A stretch of DNA of 64,000 nucleotides from Lama guanicoe (lineage: Eukaryota): assembly GCA_013239625.1 (NCBI GenBank), contig MU053588.1, positions 645,988 through 709,987 of the forward strand, written 5' to 3'. Under the pieces are notes generated by a model that saw nothing but the letters and a program-made list of their open reading frames with translations, searched no databases and was not told where the DNA came from. The translations under genes and the position numbers were made by a program. Positions 51,318-64,000 of the stretch are shown one piece after another. Numbering within the stretch: the stretch's first letter is position 1; each line of letters begins with the position of its first letter.

Positions 51318-51358
51318 GCCTCTGCCAGACACATGTGCCTCTGCCAGACACATGTGCC
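51318..51358. repeat. Perfect 19-bp tandem duplication (gcctctgccagacacatgt)x2
   Basis: Direct read. Confidence 0.95.
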
Positions 51359-52045
51359 CCCCTGCTTGGGCTCAGCAAGGGATGTTATGCAGAGACGTGT
51401 TCACAATGGCAAGGACAGGTTTAGACAGAGCTCCTTTTCCTCACGTGTGGAGAGCGACCAGGCCTTGGTTCATCAGGGCTGGAGGAATGTCATTCGACCA
51501 GCTTGAAGTGGCAGTCGTGGACTCTGGATCTGGGATCCAAGAGCGTTCCTGTGTCTTCTGGACAACTCCTGCCAGAGGCCCACCTCCTTCCGTGTCGCCC
51601 ATCTGGGCTGGCTCTGTTCTCCAGTCTGCTGCGGAAGAGGCTGGATCATGATCATGTCATGCCAGCCATCTGGGGTGGGGCGGTGACTTTGATCTGCCTC
51701 CACCCTTTTCTCTGGTGTTTTCTTCTGCTCAGATTATGGTCCAGGATTGTCCCACTTCTGTGCCGCATCCAGAGGCCTGCACCTCTGCAGCCGGTCTCTC
51801 GTTCTCCTCACCTGCCTAGGCACTGGGGCAGTGGGGGACAGATGTCAGTTGTGCAGATGGAGAACTGGGGCACATAGAGGACCCAGGACTTTTCTAGAAC
51901 CCAGGGTGGGGGTGCGGAGCAGTTCCCACAAGGCTGGAAAAACAGTACGGTAGGTGGAAACATGGCCTCCCAAGGTAGACAGCTACTGGCTGGGGAATTT
52001 GGTGCAGGTGACCATACCCCTCTAGGCCTCTGGTTCCTTTTCACA

Positions 52046-52492
52046 GTATTAGTTTGCACAGCTGTCATAACCAAGTACCACGAACACCCCATGGCTTAAA
52101 CAACTAAAATATATCATCCCACAGTTCTAGAGGCTAGAAGTCCAAGATCAAGGTGTTGGCAGGGCTGACTTTTTCTGAGGGCCACAAGGAAGCGTCTGTT
52201 CCTTGCTTCCCTCCTAGCTCCTGGCAGCTTGCTGACAATCTTTGGCATTCATTGGCTTCTGCTGCATCACTTTGATCTGTCTTCATCTTCATGTAGTGTT
52301 CTCCCTGCGTGTATGTCTATGTCCAGATTTCCCCTTCTTATAAGGACATCAGTTACACTAGATCGGGGCCCACCCTGTTCCAGTATAACTTCATTCTAAC
52401 TTAACTCTATCTCCAAATAAGATCACATTCTGAGGTACTGAATATTAGGAATTCAGCATGTGAATTTTGGAGGGACACAATTCAACCCATGC
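52046..52492 (-). mobile_element. MaLR solo LTR (MLT1A-C-like)
   Basis: gtattagttt...cacagttctagaggctagaagtccaagatcaaggtgttggcagggctg...gggacacaattcaaccc. Confidence 0.85.
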
Positions 52493-52954
52493 CAGGAAAA
52501 AGCAGTAATAATACTACCCATGCACTAGGGTTGTTAGGTTATTAATTCATACAAGTAAAGCACTTAGCTCAGTTCCTGTCACATAGTAAGTGCTCAGTAA
52601 ATGTTAGTCTTTTTAATGGGTTCTGATGACCTCATCTCTCAGTGACGGTATTGAAGTAGCCTCCTAATTGGCTCACTGCTTCTACTCTTACGTCCTCCGT
52701 CCAAATATGGAAATAAAGTCATGTTATACCACATGTGTAAACTGTTAGTGGTTTCCCATTTCTAGCGATCAGGAAATTAAGGTCACAAGTAACAGAAAAC
52801 CCAATCCAAACTGGCTTAAGGAAATTGAGAAATTGTTGGCTTAACATAATTGAAGTCAAAGGTAATCTAGTTTTAGATGCAGCTTGATCCAAAGCTCAAA
52901 TAATGTTATTACCGATACAGAGTTTTTCTCCTTGATCTCTCAGTTGGTCCCTCG

Positions 52955-53789
52955 GAGCTGTTTTTACTCATAACACTTCTGACACCAAATGTGTGGGTGT
53001 TTTTCCTCATACCAACCAGTTCTTCAACTCTCTGGACACTAACTGGATGTCCTACAATTCAATCTAGTTCTGAAAATAGCTACTTGGAATTGGCGCAGAC
53101 CCCACAGGTTAAGGGCTCAGTTCCACAAGACAGCATGCACTTCAGATACAACCAAGTGCAAGTCCTGGGTTGCCACCTGCACCACTGACCAACTGGTTAT
53201 AAATTGGGGGTTCCAGTGACTCTCTCCTGAGGCTTGATAATTTGCTAGAAGAGCTCATGGAAATCAGGAAAACACTTGATTTAGATTTATTGGTTTATTA
53301 TGAAGGATGCAATGTAGGAATGGCCAAATGGAAGTGATGCATAGAACAAGGTGTGGGAGGACAGGCACCGAGCTTCCACAACCTCTCTGGGCACCACACT
53401 CCCGGCACCTCCACCTCTTCACCAACCTGGACGTGCTCTAAACCCACTGTTTAGGGTTTTATGGAGATCTTAGTTAGTAGGAGTTGTTGATTAAATCATT
53501 TGCATTTGGTGATTGTGTCGACCTCCAGCCCCTCTCCCTTCCTCTAGGTCAGGGGGCAAGGCTGACATTTCCAGCCCTTTAATCATGCCTTGGTCTGCCT
53601 AGTGACCAGCCCCCATCCTGAAGCTGTCTAGGGGCCTCTCAGTCAGGAGTCACTTTATTAGCATGAACTCAGGTATACTTCCACATAGCACAGGATGTTC
53701 TTATCACCCCTGTCATTCAGGAAATTCCAGGGGTTTTCAAAGTTCTGTGTCAGCAACCGGGGACAAAGACTAAATATATATTTATCACA
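52955..53789 (-). mobile_element. ERV solo LTR (MER21-like) nested in an older MLT1 LTR (~52765-54130)
   Basis: acacttctgacaccaaatgtgtggg...cagaccccacaggttaagggctcag...aaccggggacaaagactaaatat...tatcaca terminus. Confidence 0.8.
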
Positions 53790-55651
53790 GTTCCAGTCCT
53801 AAATTGGTTGTTCTCTGATAGTTACGATTGCATAAACTCTAGCCTCAAATTATGAGGCTCAAGTTCAATGGAAAAAGAGCTTTCTTGATCTTTTTTTTTT
53901 TTTCGATGTGTGGGGAATTTCTTCAAAAGTTCTGAAGTTCACCATGAGCCAGTTAGGGTCATGTGCACAAGTATTACCTTCACTATGAGCAGGGGAAGGT
54001 GGGACGTCTTGATGGGCTTGGTCAGGCCTGGGTCAGGGCTGGAGCCCCACTGACACCTCCTGGCCTGAAAGTGGGGGCCACTCGGGCTCCAAGTGCCAAT
54101 GAGGGGCTTTGTGGGAAATGAGACAATGGATGCCAGTGGGGAACAAAGAACAGTTACCTACTACTTTACTCTTGTACTTAAAATAACCTTCAAAATCCTT
54201 ATCGTGGCCTGCAGGGTGCCTAGGAAGCAGCCCCTGCCAGCCTCACTCACCGCACATCAGCCAGTCTTTTGTTTCTCAAACAAGCCAAGCTCTTCCTACC
54301 TCAGAGCCTTTGTATGTGCTCTTCCTTGTCCTTGAAATGCTTTTCCTGATGGTTTTTCTCCTAGCCTTCTCTTTTTTTATCTCTCAAATTGCAACTTAAA
54401 TAGCAAGTCTTCTAAGAGGCCCGTCTGGACCATCTTGAATCTAAACTAGGCCCCCTGTTATTCTCACCTGGCAAACCTTCAGAGCAGTTTTCATAATATT
54501 TAATTATACGTTATGTTTGCCTTCACATGTTTAATGTCTGTCTTCTTCACTGGGCTGTAAGTCCCAGGAGGTCAAGCCCAGGCCTGTTTTTATTTCCTCC
54601 CATTGCATCCCCAGTACATACTAGGTGTTTTTTTAAAAAAAACAAAACAAAAACCTTGATTAAATGAATGTGGTTGAAGTGGAAAGGTTTACTCATTTAG
54701 AATTATGATTAGCCTGTCATTGAACCAGAGCAGGAAACAATGACTGACCGGAAGTTTTTAAAACCTTGGCAGTGAAATTTCAAAGTGAAAGTTTTACTAG
54801 TAGATTAAATGAAATGCCTGCTTTGTCCATATTTTCATAGGCCTGCTGATATTAATGATGCCCAAGGTGACCTTCCTTTCGGAGTCTTGGGGCCAGTCGA
54901 GATGGTACATCTAACAATAAAAACTTCACCATGTTAACTAGAGAAGACGTTGAACACACAGTTTTAATTAGCCTGTTAGTCATCTTGCATCTGAGGAGGC
55001 CAGGGAGTGGGAAGCTAAGGTCAGGCATTTTAACACTTGCTTATTCAAATACCTCAAAGGACCTATCTCATACTGCTGACAGTGTCCCCGACCTGAGTCT
55101 CTGTGGTCCATCAGACTCCTGCAGGTGGAAGCCTTTTTCTAGGTGGCTCTGTTCTCTTCTAAAGCCACAGTCAGCCTCTCAGTGCAGAGTGGAGAGGTCA
55201 CCAAACTGGCTCTGCAGCCACGGTGGCTGAACCCTCCTCCTGCCAGAGACGGGTGGGGACACTGGGGTTGCATCTCATGCAAGCGTTAGCTTTGGCAGTC
55301 ATCCGGGAAAGCCAGACTGCTACAGAGTCAGATCACCTTTAACTTTCTCTTAGGATGTCAGGTATCAGTTGAATATGAGTTTGCCTGCAGTAACAGACCC
55401 AGGATAGCAGTGGCATCAGTGAGAGCAGAGTTGAAATCTCTGTCCTGAACGTTTGTGAGTGAGCGGCCCGGGGCTGACGAGGCTGCTCCACAGTGCTGGG
55501 GACCCAGGGTCATGCCATCTTGTCACTCCCCATTTCTGGGACGTTGCCCTCATCTGCATGACTCCCCGCCAACACCATGTGTGCCCTCCAGCCCGCAGGA
55601 AGGGAGGCTGTGAGAGAAGACTGCACCTCCCCCTTCTCATTAAAGTGGGAG

Positions 55652-56205
55652 TTCTTTTTGTTTTGAATTCACATACCATAAAATTTACTCCTTTAAAGTG
55701 TACAGTTCAGTGGTTTTTTAATGTATTCATAAGGTTGTGCAGTTATCTAATCTGGTTGCAAAACATTTTCATCACCCCGGAAGGAAACCCTGAGCCCATC
55801 CTCTCCCCGTTTCCCACTCCTCTCAGCCCCTGGCAACTGCTAATCTACTTTCTGTCCCTGTGGATTAACCCATTCTGAACATTTCACATAAACTGAATAA
55901 TGCTATGTAATCGCATAAGTGGCTTCTCCCACTTAGCATGATGTTTTGAAGGTTCACGTTGTGGCATGTGGCAATACTTCACTCCTTTCTGTGGCTGAAT
56001 AATTGTTCATTGTACAGTTATACCACATTCTGTTTATCAGTCAGTGGACATTTGGATTGTTTTAACTTTTTGGTTATTATGAATAAATAATGCTGTTATG
56101 AATGGTCAAGTGCAAGTTTTTGCATGAACATATTTGTCAATTTTCTTGAATATATACCTAAGAGTGGAATTGCTGGGTCATGTAGTAACTATAATTTTTT
56201 TTGAA
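55652..56205 (-). mobile_element. L1 (L1MB-like) 3' end inside a split MLT1 LTR (~55360-55630 and ~56650-56850)
   Basis: aattcacataccataaaatttactcctttaaagtgtacagttcagtgg...ggcaactgctaatctactttctgtc. Confidence 0.85.
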
Positions 56206-58765
56206 GAACAAGGCAGAGATTCTGAACATTTGTGTGCCATGGACTCTTTGACAGCTACTTCTTACAATCATCTTTTTAAATTCATAAAATACATGGGATT
56301 ACAAAGTAAACCAATTCTGTTGAAATCTAGTTTTTGAAATATGAATGTAATAAATTGTGATATAGTATGGCAAAACCTAGTAACAGACCTAATAACTTCA
56401 TAATTTCAAAGTATGAAAGGGCATCATACAATTTTGAGATGTTTCTAAGAATTGTAGTGTGATTTTTTTTAAAAGACTGATTTGTATTGTTGGGGACAGA
56501 TTCATAGGTTTTGTGAAAACAACTATGGTTTGCCTGGGTTCATAATTGAAGGAAATGCTGAATTTCAGCTAGAAGCTAGTGAAAATATAAAGGTAATTTC
56601 CCCCCTCTAAGTTCAGGAGTTCCTGAAGTCTATCACGTTTCAAATGGGTGACCCAGAAGTGGAGTATACCTCCTCCACTCCTATCCTGTGGGTCTGAATT
56701 TAGTCACATGACCACACCTAGCTGCAAGGGAGGCAGGGAAATGTAGTTTTTGTTTACGTCAGCCATGCATCCGGCTAAGATGTAAGAGATCAATTATTAA
56801 AGGAAAAAGAGAGAACATGTATCGGGGGACAAGAAGAAGTCAGTATTACACTATACCCCCATACAGCCAGCTTCTCCCCCAGGTTCAGAACACATGTCCT
56901 TCTGACAAGCACCTGCCACGGAAGTTAGTTTGCCTTAACAGGCCATGTCTTATGAAAAGTGTGTCTTGAAACACTAGAATGCTGCTGGGAATGGTGAGCC
57001 GCTCCACGGTGAAGAGCTGAGCTTGCCTGAGGGGATGGCATATGCTCGGCTCCCCTCTCACACTCACAGCAGAGCAAATGTGCATGAAGTGGAACACTGG
57101 ACGTCTGTTCCACCTTAATTATTTGTCCTTTTGGTGTGGGGGGCACAGAGGGACCATGTGCATTTTTGAGTATGTGTGAGGTAAACATTTGATGTGACCT
57201 CCTCGTACCTTTTCACCATGCCGTAGATGTGTGGTTGGCTTCGCCAATGGCTAGGTGTCGATGTTATGCTGAAATGCTTGATTTTAAGTGTCAGAACTCA
57301 GATCACCCAGGGCAGAGGAGGGACTGATTTGTTGGCTCCTCATCCAAGAAGATCAGTAACAAAGAGAGCGGAAAACTTAGGCATCAGGGGTAGAACATCA
57401 CAGGACACATATGCCCCATTGGCAAGGCGACTTCCCCATTGTCTTGGTTGTAGGGGTGAAGAGCAGCAATGCTGATCAAAATGGGAACAGCTAGACTTTA
57501 TTGAGCACTTCCTTGGCGCCTGGCAGTGTCACGGGTGAACTGGTTTTACAATAGCCATGAGCCAGATCCTGCTGTGTCCCCCTTTTCCTGATGCACAGGG
57601 GTTAATTGACCTGCCCAAGATCATATAGCCTTTTATTCGTGGCAGAGATGGGATCTGAACACAGAGGGGCCCGTTCTGGCCTGTGGTCTTGATTAACCCC
57701 ACTGTCATGAAAGGTGGGAGGTGAAAGGCATGAGAAGAAGACTTTAAAATCCCGACAGAGGACTGTGTATTTACTTTCATGCTTTTGTTTCCCCAGTATT
57801 TATCTCTAGTGCTGACTTTTGCATTTCCACAGTGGTGCCATCCCAGACCCCCCTCCCTCTGTTCTAGCACCGAGTGGTGCACTCCCCCTCCTGCAGCTCC
57901 GCCGTCCAGATGCTTTGGGGATGCTGCCCATCTCTTTGTCTCCCTCGATCTCGGTCAGCTTTTCACCCTGGTTTTGGTTTTAAGAGCTGATGTTTTGCTG
58001 TCCTAGTTTTAAATATGAATTTTTAAAAAGTGGTTGATTTGTTACTCAGCTAGTATTTCCGGGGATCAGACCTGGGCCACCAGACACAGGTACTTCATCA
58101 AGCAAGCCCTTGCCCTCGTGAAATTGATAGTCTGGAGGGGAGGTGGATGACTAAGGTGCTCAGCAAGTAACTTCACCAGCACTGATTGCCACTGTGACAA
58201 ATGCCATAAAGGAAAAACACAGGGAGCTGAAACACATGGGAATATGTGGAGCACAGGTCCTGCCCTGGGGGTCGGGTAGGGGTGGTGAGGATGGGGAGGG
58301 CTTCCTGAGGAGGCACATGTCTGCCTGCGCCAAGGCCTGAAGCTAAAGGGTGGTGAGGGCAGCATTCGGGCAGAGGGGAAGCAGACCCCCTCCAGGGCGA
58401 GCTGGAAAGCCCCGGATACCAGTCATAACCCCACTCCCACTGGACCCCGAGGAGACTGCCTCCAAATGAGGCTTCCCCACCTACGAGCAAGTCCTGCGAT
58501 CTGTCCAGTTTCCTCATGTGTAATGGCAGTGACCTTGGTCATGGTGCCCATTTCATTGGTGACTGTGAGGATTAAATGAGTTGCTATGTGTAACAAGTTT
58601 AGAACAGCTCCTGGCCTGTAGCAGGGGCTCTATTGGATTAAAACTTGTATGTTGTGGGACTTGAAACAGTGAATAGAAAATCAAAGAACCCAGCCTATGT
58701 CCAGAATCCAAGCTAGGAAAGAGCTGGATGGAAGCTGCCCGGCGTGGGGACTTGTTGTGGGAGTT

Positions 58766-58965
58766 AGGGCTGCAACCACTGGATGCCACTCACAGGCGGC
58801 ATTCAGAAATGTGCTAGGTGGTTTTGGTCTCACAGTAAAGGGGCGGGGGCACCACAGGCATTTAGGACCTGGGGGCCAAGGATGCTAAATTTCCTACAAT
58901 GCAGAGGATCTGTCTAGTAACAAAGGATTGTTCCACCCAGAGTGCCAGCGGCAGGCCCCTGGGGA
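58766..58965. mobile_element. MER20-like hAT element
   Basis: caggcatttagg...ggccaaggatgctaaatttcctacaatgcagagga...acaaaggattgt. Confidence 0.7.
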
Positions 58966-60864
58966 GAGCTCTCCCAAATGTGTCTCCTTGATTCTCCCCT
59001 GCGCTCTGCTTCCTGTTGGGCTCTCCCTGCAGCTCCCCACCTATGGAAAGAAGCTACTCCTGCTGCTACAGGCTGCCCCAAATGCCCTGACCACCAATTC
59101 CACCTCCTGAAGTGTTTTTAAGCTGCCCCTGCCCTGTGGCACTTGGAAGCACTAAATGCCCATCTGACAGAAAGTGTGAAATCAAATAAGTGGTCCTGGT
59201 TTATCAGTCAGGATTCTTGGGTTGCAGGCATCAGAAACCAGCTTGGGCCACCTGCAGTAAAAGTGAAACTGGGGTCAAGCAGCTCTGGGGCACCTCGAGG
59301 TGGGTGTTCAAGGCCATCGTGGGGGTAGAGGAGCAGTGGAGGGTAGCAGTGAAGAGTTCTGGCCCTGGAGCTGGCCTCCTGGGCATGAGTCCCAGCCTCG
59401 CCACTTACTCACAAGTTCCCCAACTTCTCTGTACCTCAGTTTGTGAGCTATAAGACAGGGATAAGAAGAGAAGATATAATTAGTTGACACTTGAGACAGG
59501 TTTAGAATAGTGCCTAGTGCAGAGTATGTGACTAGATAAATATTAGCTGCTGCTGCTTCTATTTTATTGCTGTTGTTACTGTTATCATTTTTATTGAAGT
59601 CCAAATTCCTGAGCCAGGGCAGCTGATTGGCTTGTATCTTGTGGGTGTGTGGGGCCCCCTGATTGGCAGCCCCCTCCTCCCCAAGCTAGGAGGAACTGGG
59701 GAGGAATCGTCCTAGGAAAAGTGGGCTGCTGTCACCCAAAGATGCGGCAGAGATACCAGGCAGGCCCAGACCCCAGATGTCCTCCTTGCTCAGTAATTTG
59801 ACCCAATAAATATTGGTTATTTTGTACACTGGCCTGTGCTAAGCGCAGAGGACACAAAAGGGGCAATGATTTGCAAGATCTTTTCTTGGCTGTACTCAGA
59901 ATTCAGAGAGAAAAGACTGGAAAATGAGGGTCCTGGTAAACACAATGCCTGGCTCTTAGGAGGTCAGTATATATTTGTTGAATGAATAAACACACAGGGA
60001 GATGTAAGAGGTTTATGGGAACACACAACCAATGCATCCGCCCTCTGGTCCCACCAGTTATTTCAGAAGCCCGTGTTTGCACCTGCAGCCTCCAGGGCAC
60101 GGTGCAGAGGGGTGTCTACCTGCATGTCCTTGCACACACTAAGCACTTAATAAATGGACACTGAGTGTTCTCATGGATACATGGCCCTGCAATCCACCCA
60201 GTGTGATGGTCGGGGACAGACCCTGGGTTGGGACGCTGGCTGCCTTCTCTGCTGAACAGGATGTGCAGACGTGGCTCCAGGATGCATCTCTGGAATGTGG
60301 TTGCTAATACAAATCAGCTTCCTCACGTCACAAGCATCCATTATGTGGACAGTTGGATGACTCGCTGTGGGACTGGGCGGGCTCCCCAGGGGGAATTTTA
60401 TAGCCGCAGTTATGTTTCAGGCTTCCCTTCGGAGAAGGGCTTTTCCCCATGAATGACTCTTAATAAGACAGATAATAATATCCAGCACTTTCCAGGTGCT
60501 TGACACTGTGCAAAATCCTCACAATAGCCAGTGAAACCAGGGTGCTGAGGCTCAGAAAGGGAAAATAACTTGCCTGTTGGGTTTACAGCGAGTGAGGAAG
60601 AGAGCTGGGATTCCAGCCACGGTCTCTTACTCCAGAGCCTGGGCTCTTAACCCTGCACATACACAGCCTCCTTTTTCTCTCAAGTGCTAACTTTAAAATA
60701 ATATTTTGTTAATTTACACATGGTACATTATTTTTTTTTTAAATGAACTTCCTTCCCAACTCTAAACCCTTCATAGAAGCAGCCCTGTGACCTGTCTCCT
60801 TTCAGAAATTCTGTGTGTGTGCAGCCAGCATAAACGCAGTGGCCGTTCTCTACACCAGGGTGGC

Positions 60865-61010
60865 GGACTGCAGCCCATGAGCTGCCCTTTTTTCTGTATG
60901 GCCCAGGAGCCAAGAATGGTTTTCATGATTTTTAATGATTAAAAAAAAATGGAAAGACTATTTTGTGACACATAAAGTTAGATGAACTTTGGGTTTCAGT
61001 GTCCCAGAGT
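60865..61010. mobile_element. MER58-like hAT fragment
   Basis: tgtatggcccaggagccaagaatggttttcatgatttttaatgattaaaaaaa...ttcagtgtcc. Confidence 0.65.
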
Positions 61011-63584
61011 AGAGTTGTGCTGCTTCCTGCACCATGTTTTCTTTCGCCAGGATGTCTTAGAGCCCTTTCCTCGCTCAGTGACCGTGTTCGCGTCCCCCTC
61101 ACCCAATAATTTATTTCATGGGAACAGGCAGCACCCGGCTGCCCGCGGTGGGCCACGCCCAGGTGTGTGGCTGGAGAGGGATGGGGTGGTGCGTCCACTC
61201 ACACTCACTCTAAGCATTTCTCGGGCACCAGCTGCATGGCAGGCCCCTGGCTGGCAGCCAGAGCAGGTCCAGGCCTGTCCTCGGGAATCCACAGGCCAGC
61301 TGGGGAGTCGGGCGTTATCAGACAGTCCCATGGAGGGATGTGTTCAGGTCTGTGCTCACTGGCCTTCTCTGACACTCTACCCATCACCCCAGCTTTGTTT
61401 TTATTTGTGACACTTTTTAAAAAGTAGGTCATACATCTGTATGCTTCAAAAGTCTACTCTGTGTGCATGCCTGTGTGTGAGTGTAGGCATCCACACCCAG
61501 AGCTCTCCTTCTCTGCCTGCCTTGTCCCTCCATCCCTTCAGTAATCATTTGTATTGATCTCTTTCTATCCTTCTAAGGTTTCTTTATGCAGGTGTGAATA
61601 TTTATTTTTATCTTTCCCTCCTTTCTTATACAAATGCAGCCTGCTCCACACCCTGTCCTGCATTTTTCTTTTTTTTTTCTTTTTTCCTTTTTTTTACTTA
61701 CCAGCACACCCTGGAGATCTCTCTTTATCCAACCCAGTGGCTGCACCCTGAAAGATGGGTAGGAGTTAATTAAGGGTGAGGGAAAGATGTGTATCAGGGC
61801 ACGGGGAGCATGAAGAAGAGCATTCTTGGCCAAGTGAACAGCATGTGTTGAGATCCTGGGGAGCGTGGCTTTCTCCAGAGCAGAGAGGAGGCCTGTGCAG
61901 CTGAAGCAAGGGAGGAGGGGCCTGCTCTGGCTGCAGGGGCCTGATAGTCAGGGCCAGGATCATGGCCTTGACTCCAGGAGCACCTGGGAGTAGGGTTCTG
62001 CTCTGTTTCCTTCTATGCCCTGCTTTTCTCTGTGGCCAAGTACACGTGGCCTTTATCACATGTGGCCAAGGAGAGGCCAAGAATGTCCTTGAGAATAGGT
62101 TATTGAATGTGGTTAATAATGAAAGAAAATGTCTCCTGAGAGCTGTTCCCACGAGGTGTGACCTGGTGTCTGGGAGACACCTTTACAGACCTGTACCTCT
62201 GGCCTCTGTGGTCCTTACCCATCATGTGACACAGGTCGGGTCCCGTCACCAGTACAGTCCCGGTACCAAGCACAGGGGGCGTTTGGAGGGTAACACACCA
62301 TGCTTGGTTCCACGGTTGCCACATAAGTGCTCAATCCGTGGTAGTCATGGCTTTGATTATTTTTACAGGGCTGCCTCTCAGGCTCAGACTCTGTTAGTGT
62401 AGCTCACAGTGAAGACATTTGATGAGGAACCGGGGTTCTAATATCCCCTCTGCCACTTACTGTCTACATTGGGCAAGTTACTTCGCCTCTTTGTACTTGA
62501 CTTTGGTCATCTGTAAGTGGAGATGATAATACCTGCCTTTCGGTTCTGTGCTAAGGATGAAATGAGTTACTATTGGTATTGCACTTAAAATGCTGCACAG
62601 CAAGTAGTGACATCAGGGGATGCCAGCTATTACTATTACGTACTGTATACCTTCTGCTTTCCATCCAGAGGTCTGTACGGTAGACTCAGGGGAACTCGAT
62701 GTCAGGGGTGGCAGTGCCACCACCATTTCAGGAGAGCAGTGCCCTTCATTTGTAGTCACATCTCACCTTTTCCAAAGAACATCTTCCTACAGATACCTGG
62801 GGGAAAAGATTACCTGTTTAGTCAGGAATGATAATTCCACCAGACTTCCCTTTAAGTCACTGTCTGTGTGAAGTCACATGACCACTCCTAACTGCAAGGA
62901 AGGCTGGGAAATAGTTTCCTAATTATCTCTCCCAGTAGAATACAAATAGCACAATCCCTTAGACATGCTCAGTAAATATTCACAAGCACATGAGTTCATT
63001 TACCAAGCTAGTTATCTTGAGGCATCCCAGCAGTTTACACATGTCCATGTTGTGGCCAATTTGCAGAAAGTGACCCATGGAATGTGGCTAAACAGCTGGC
63101 CCCCAAAGTAAAGTGCTTGAAGGAAGGTTGTGAGGGACACAGTTCTAAAGCCTCTTGAGTTATATCTATCTAATCAGGGAAATAATTATACCTCCTAGAT
63201 CAAAGTCGAGGGGCAGGCTCTGGGAACTGGGCCCAGAACAGCCAGAGAAAGCCTGCCGAACTGGTTTCTTGGGGCAGGTCTGTTTACCCGCTTGTCTGAT
63301 GCCTAGTGGACAATCCCATTGGCTCCCAGAGGCCTTCCAGGTCATCTCTCCCTAAAGCTAGGCCTCTCTTTGCAGATGACTGAGCCCCCTGGGGCCAGGG
63401 AGTGCCTACTGTGTGTCTGGTGCTGTCCGAGGTGCTGAAGATAAAATAATAGGTAGCATTTATTGGGTGCCCACATAGGCCAGACATTGCAGGTGCTTGG
63501 GTTAACTCATTTAATTTTCTCAGGTACCCCATGAGGTAGGTCTTGTGTTAAGCCCATTACAGAAGTGTAAAAAATAAAGTTTGT

Positions 63585-64000
63585 GTTTTTTCAAATTGAG
63601 ATATAGTTGACATAACATTAGTTTCAGGTGTACAGTATAATGTTTTGATATTTGTATGTATTGCAGAAAATCCTAAATAAAATCTTAATTTAAAACCCTT
63701 ATTTTATATAATACCAAATATTTTTAAATTATGAATATTTATTATTGTAGAATAACAAGCTTATTTTGTTAGACTGAGTTTTTTTCTTCTTTTAATTGAA
63801 ATATAGTTGATTTACAATGTATTAGTTTCAGGTGTACAGCAGAGTGATTCAGTTATACATATACATTTTTTTTTCAGATTCTTTTCCATTATAGGTTACT
63901 ACAAGGTTATGGTTCCATATGCTATATTGTAGGTCCTTGTTGTTTATCTATTTTATATATAGTAGTTTGTCTATGTTAATCCCACACTCCTAGTTTATCC
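63585..64000 (-). mobile_element. Two L1 3' ends in tandem (~63585-63670 and 63778-64000, the latter running off the window)
   Basis: Both begin ttt...aattga(g/a)atatagttga...ttagtttcaggtgtacag. Confidence 0.8.

Overview
Mammalian (eutherian) genomic DNA, not prokaryotic. The tRNA-derived SINEs and young L1 3' tails point to a camelid (inference). The minus strand at ~1-11.7 kb carries the 5' half of WDR87, a testis WD40-repeat gene. Four coding exons with canonical GT-AG sites join in frame: 5538-5464, 4565-4395, a 2.9-kb exon 4011-1130, and 654-383. The gene continues past the left edge. A CpG island at ~11.4-12.8 kb looks like a bidirectional promoter (3 ZNF143/THAP11-type motifs plus NRF1-like, ETS, MYB and RFX motifs). 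By recalled synteny, the plus-strand partner is SIPA1L3, with a non-coding first exon ending at 12432. The remaining ~51 kb looks like repeat-rich 5' intron (MIR, L2, L1M, MaLR/MER21 LTRs, hAT/mariner MITEs) with no convincing coding exon. I found no clearly novel biological system. The best leads are a TSD-flanked non-L1 retro-insert, a candidate alternative promoter at ~25.3 kb, an ACGTG cluster beside a uORF cassette exon at ~41 kb, and HEAT-like repeats in WDR87. Repeat family names and gene identities are by-eye recognition from memory, not database results, and repeat boundaries are approximate.
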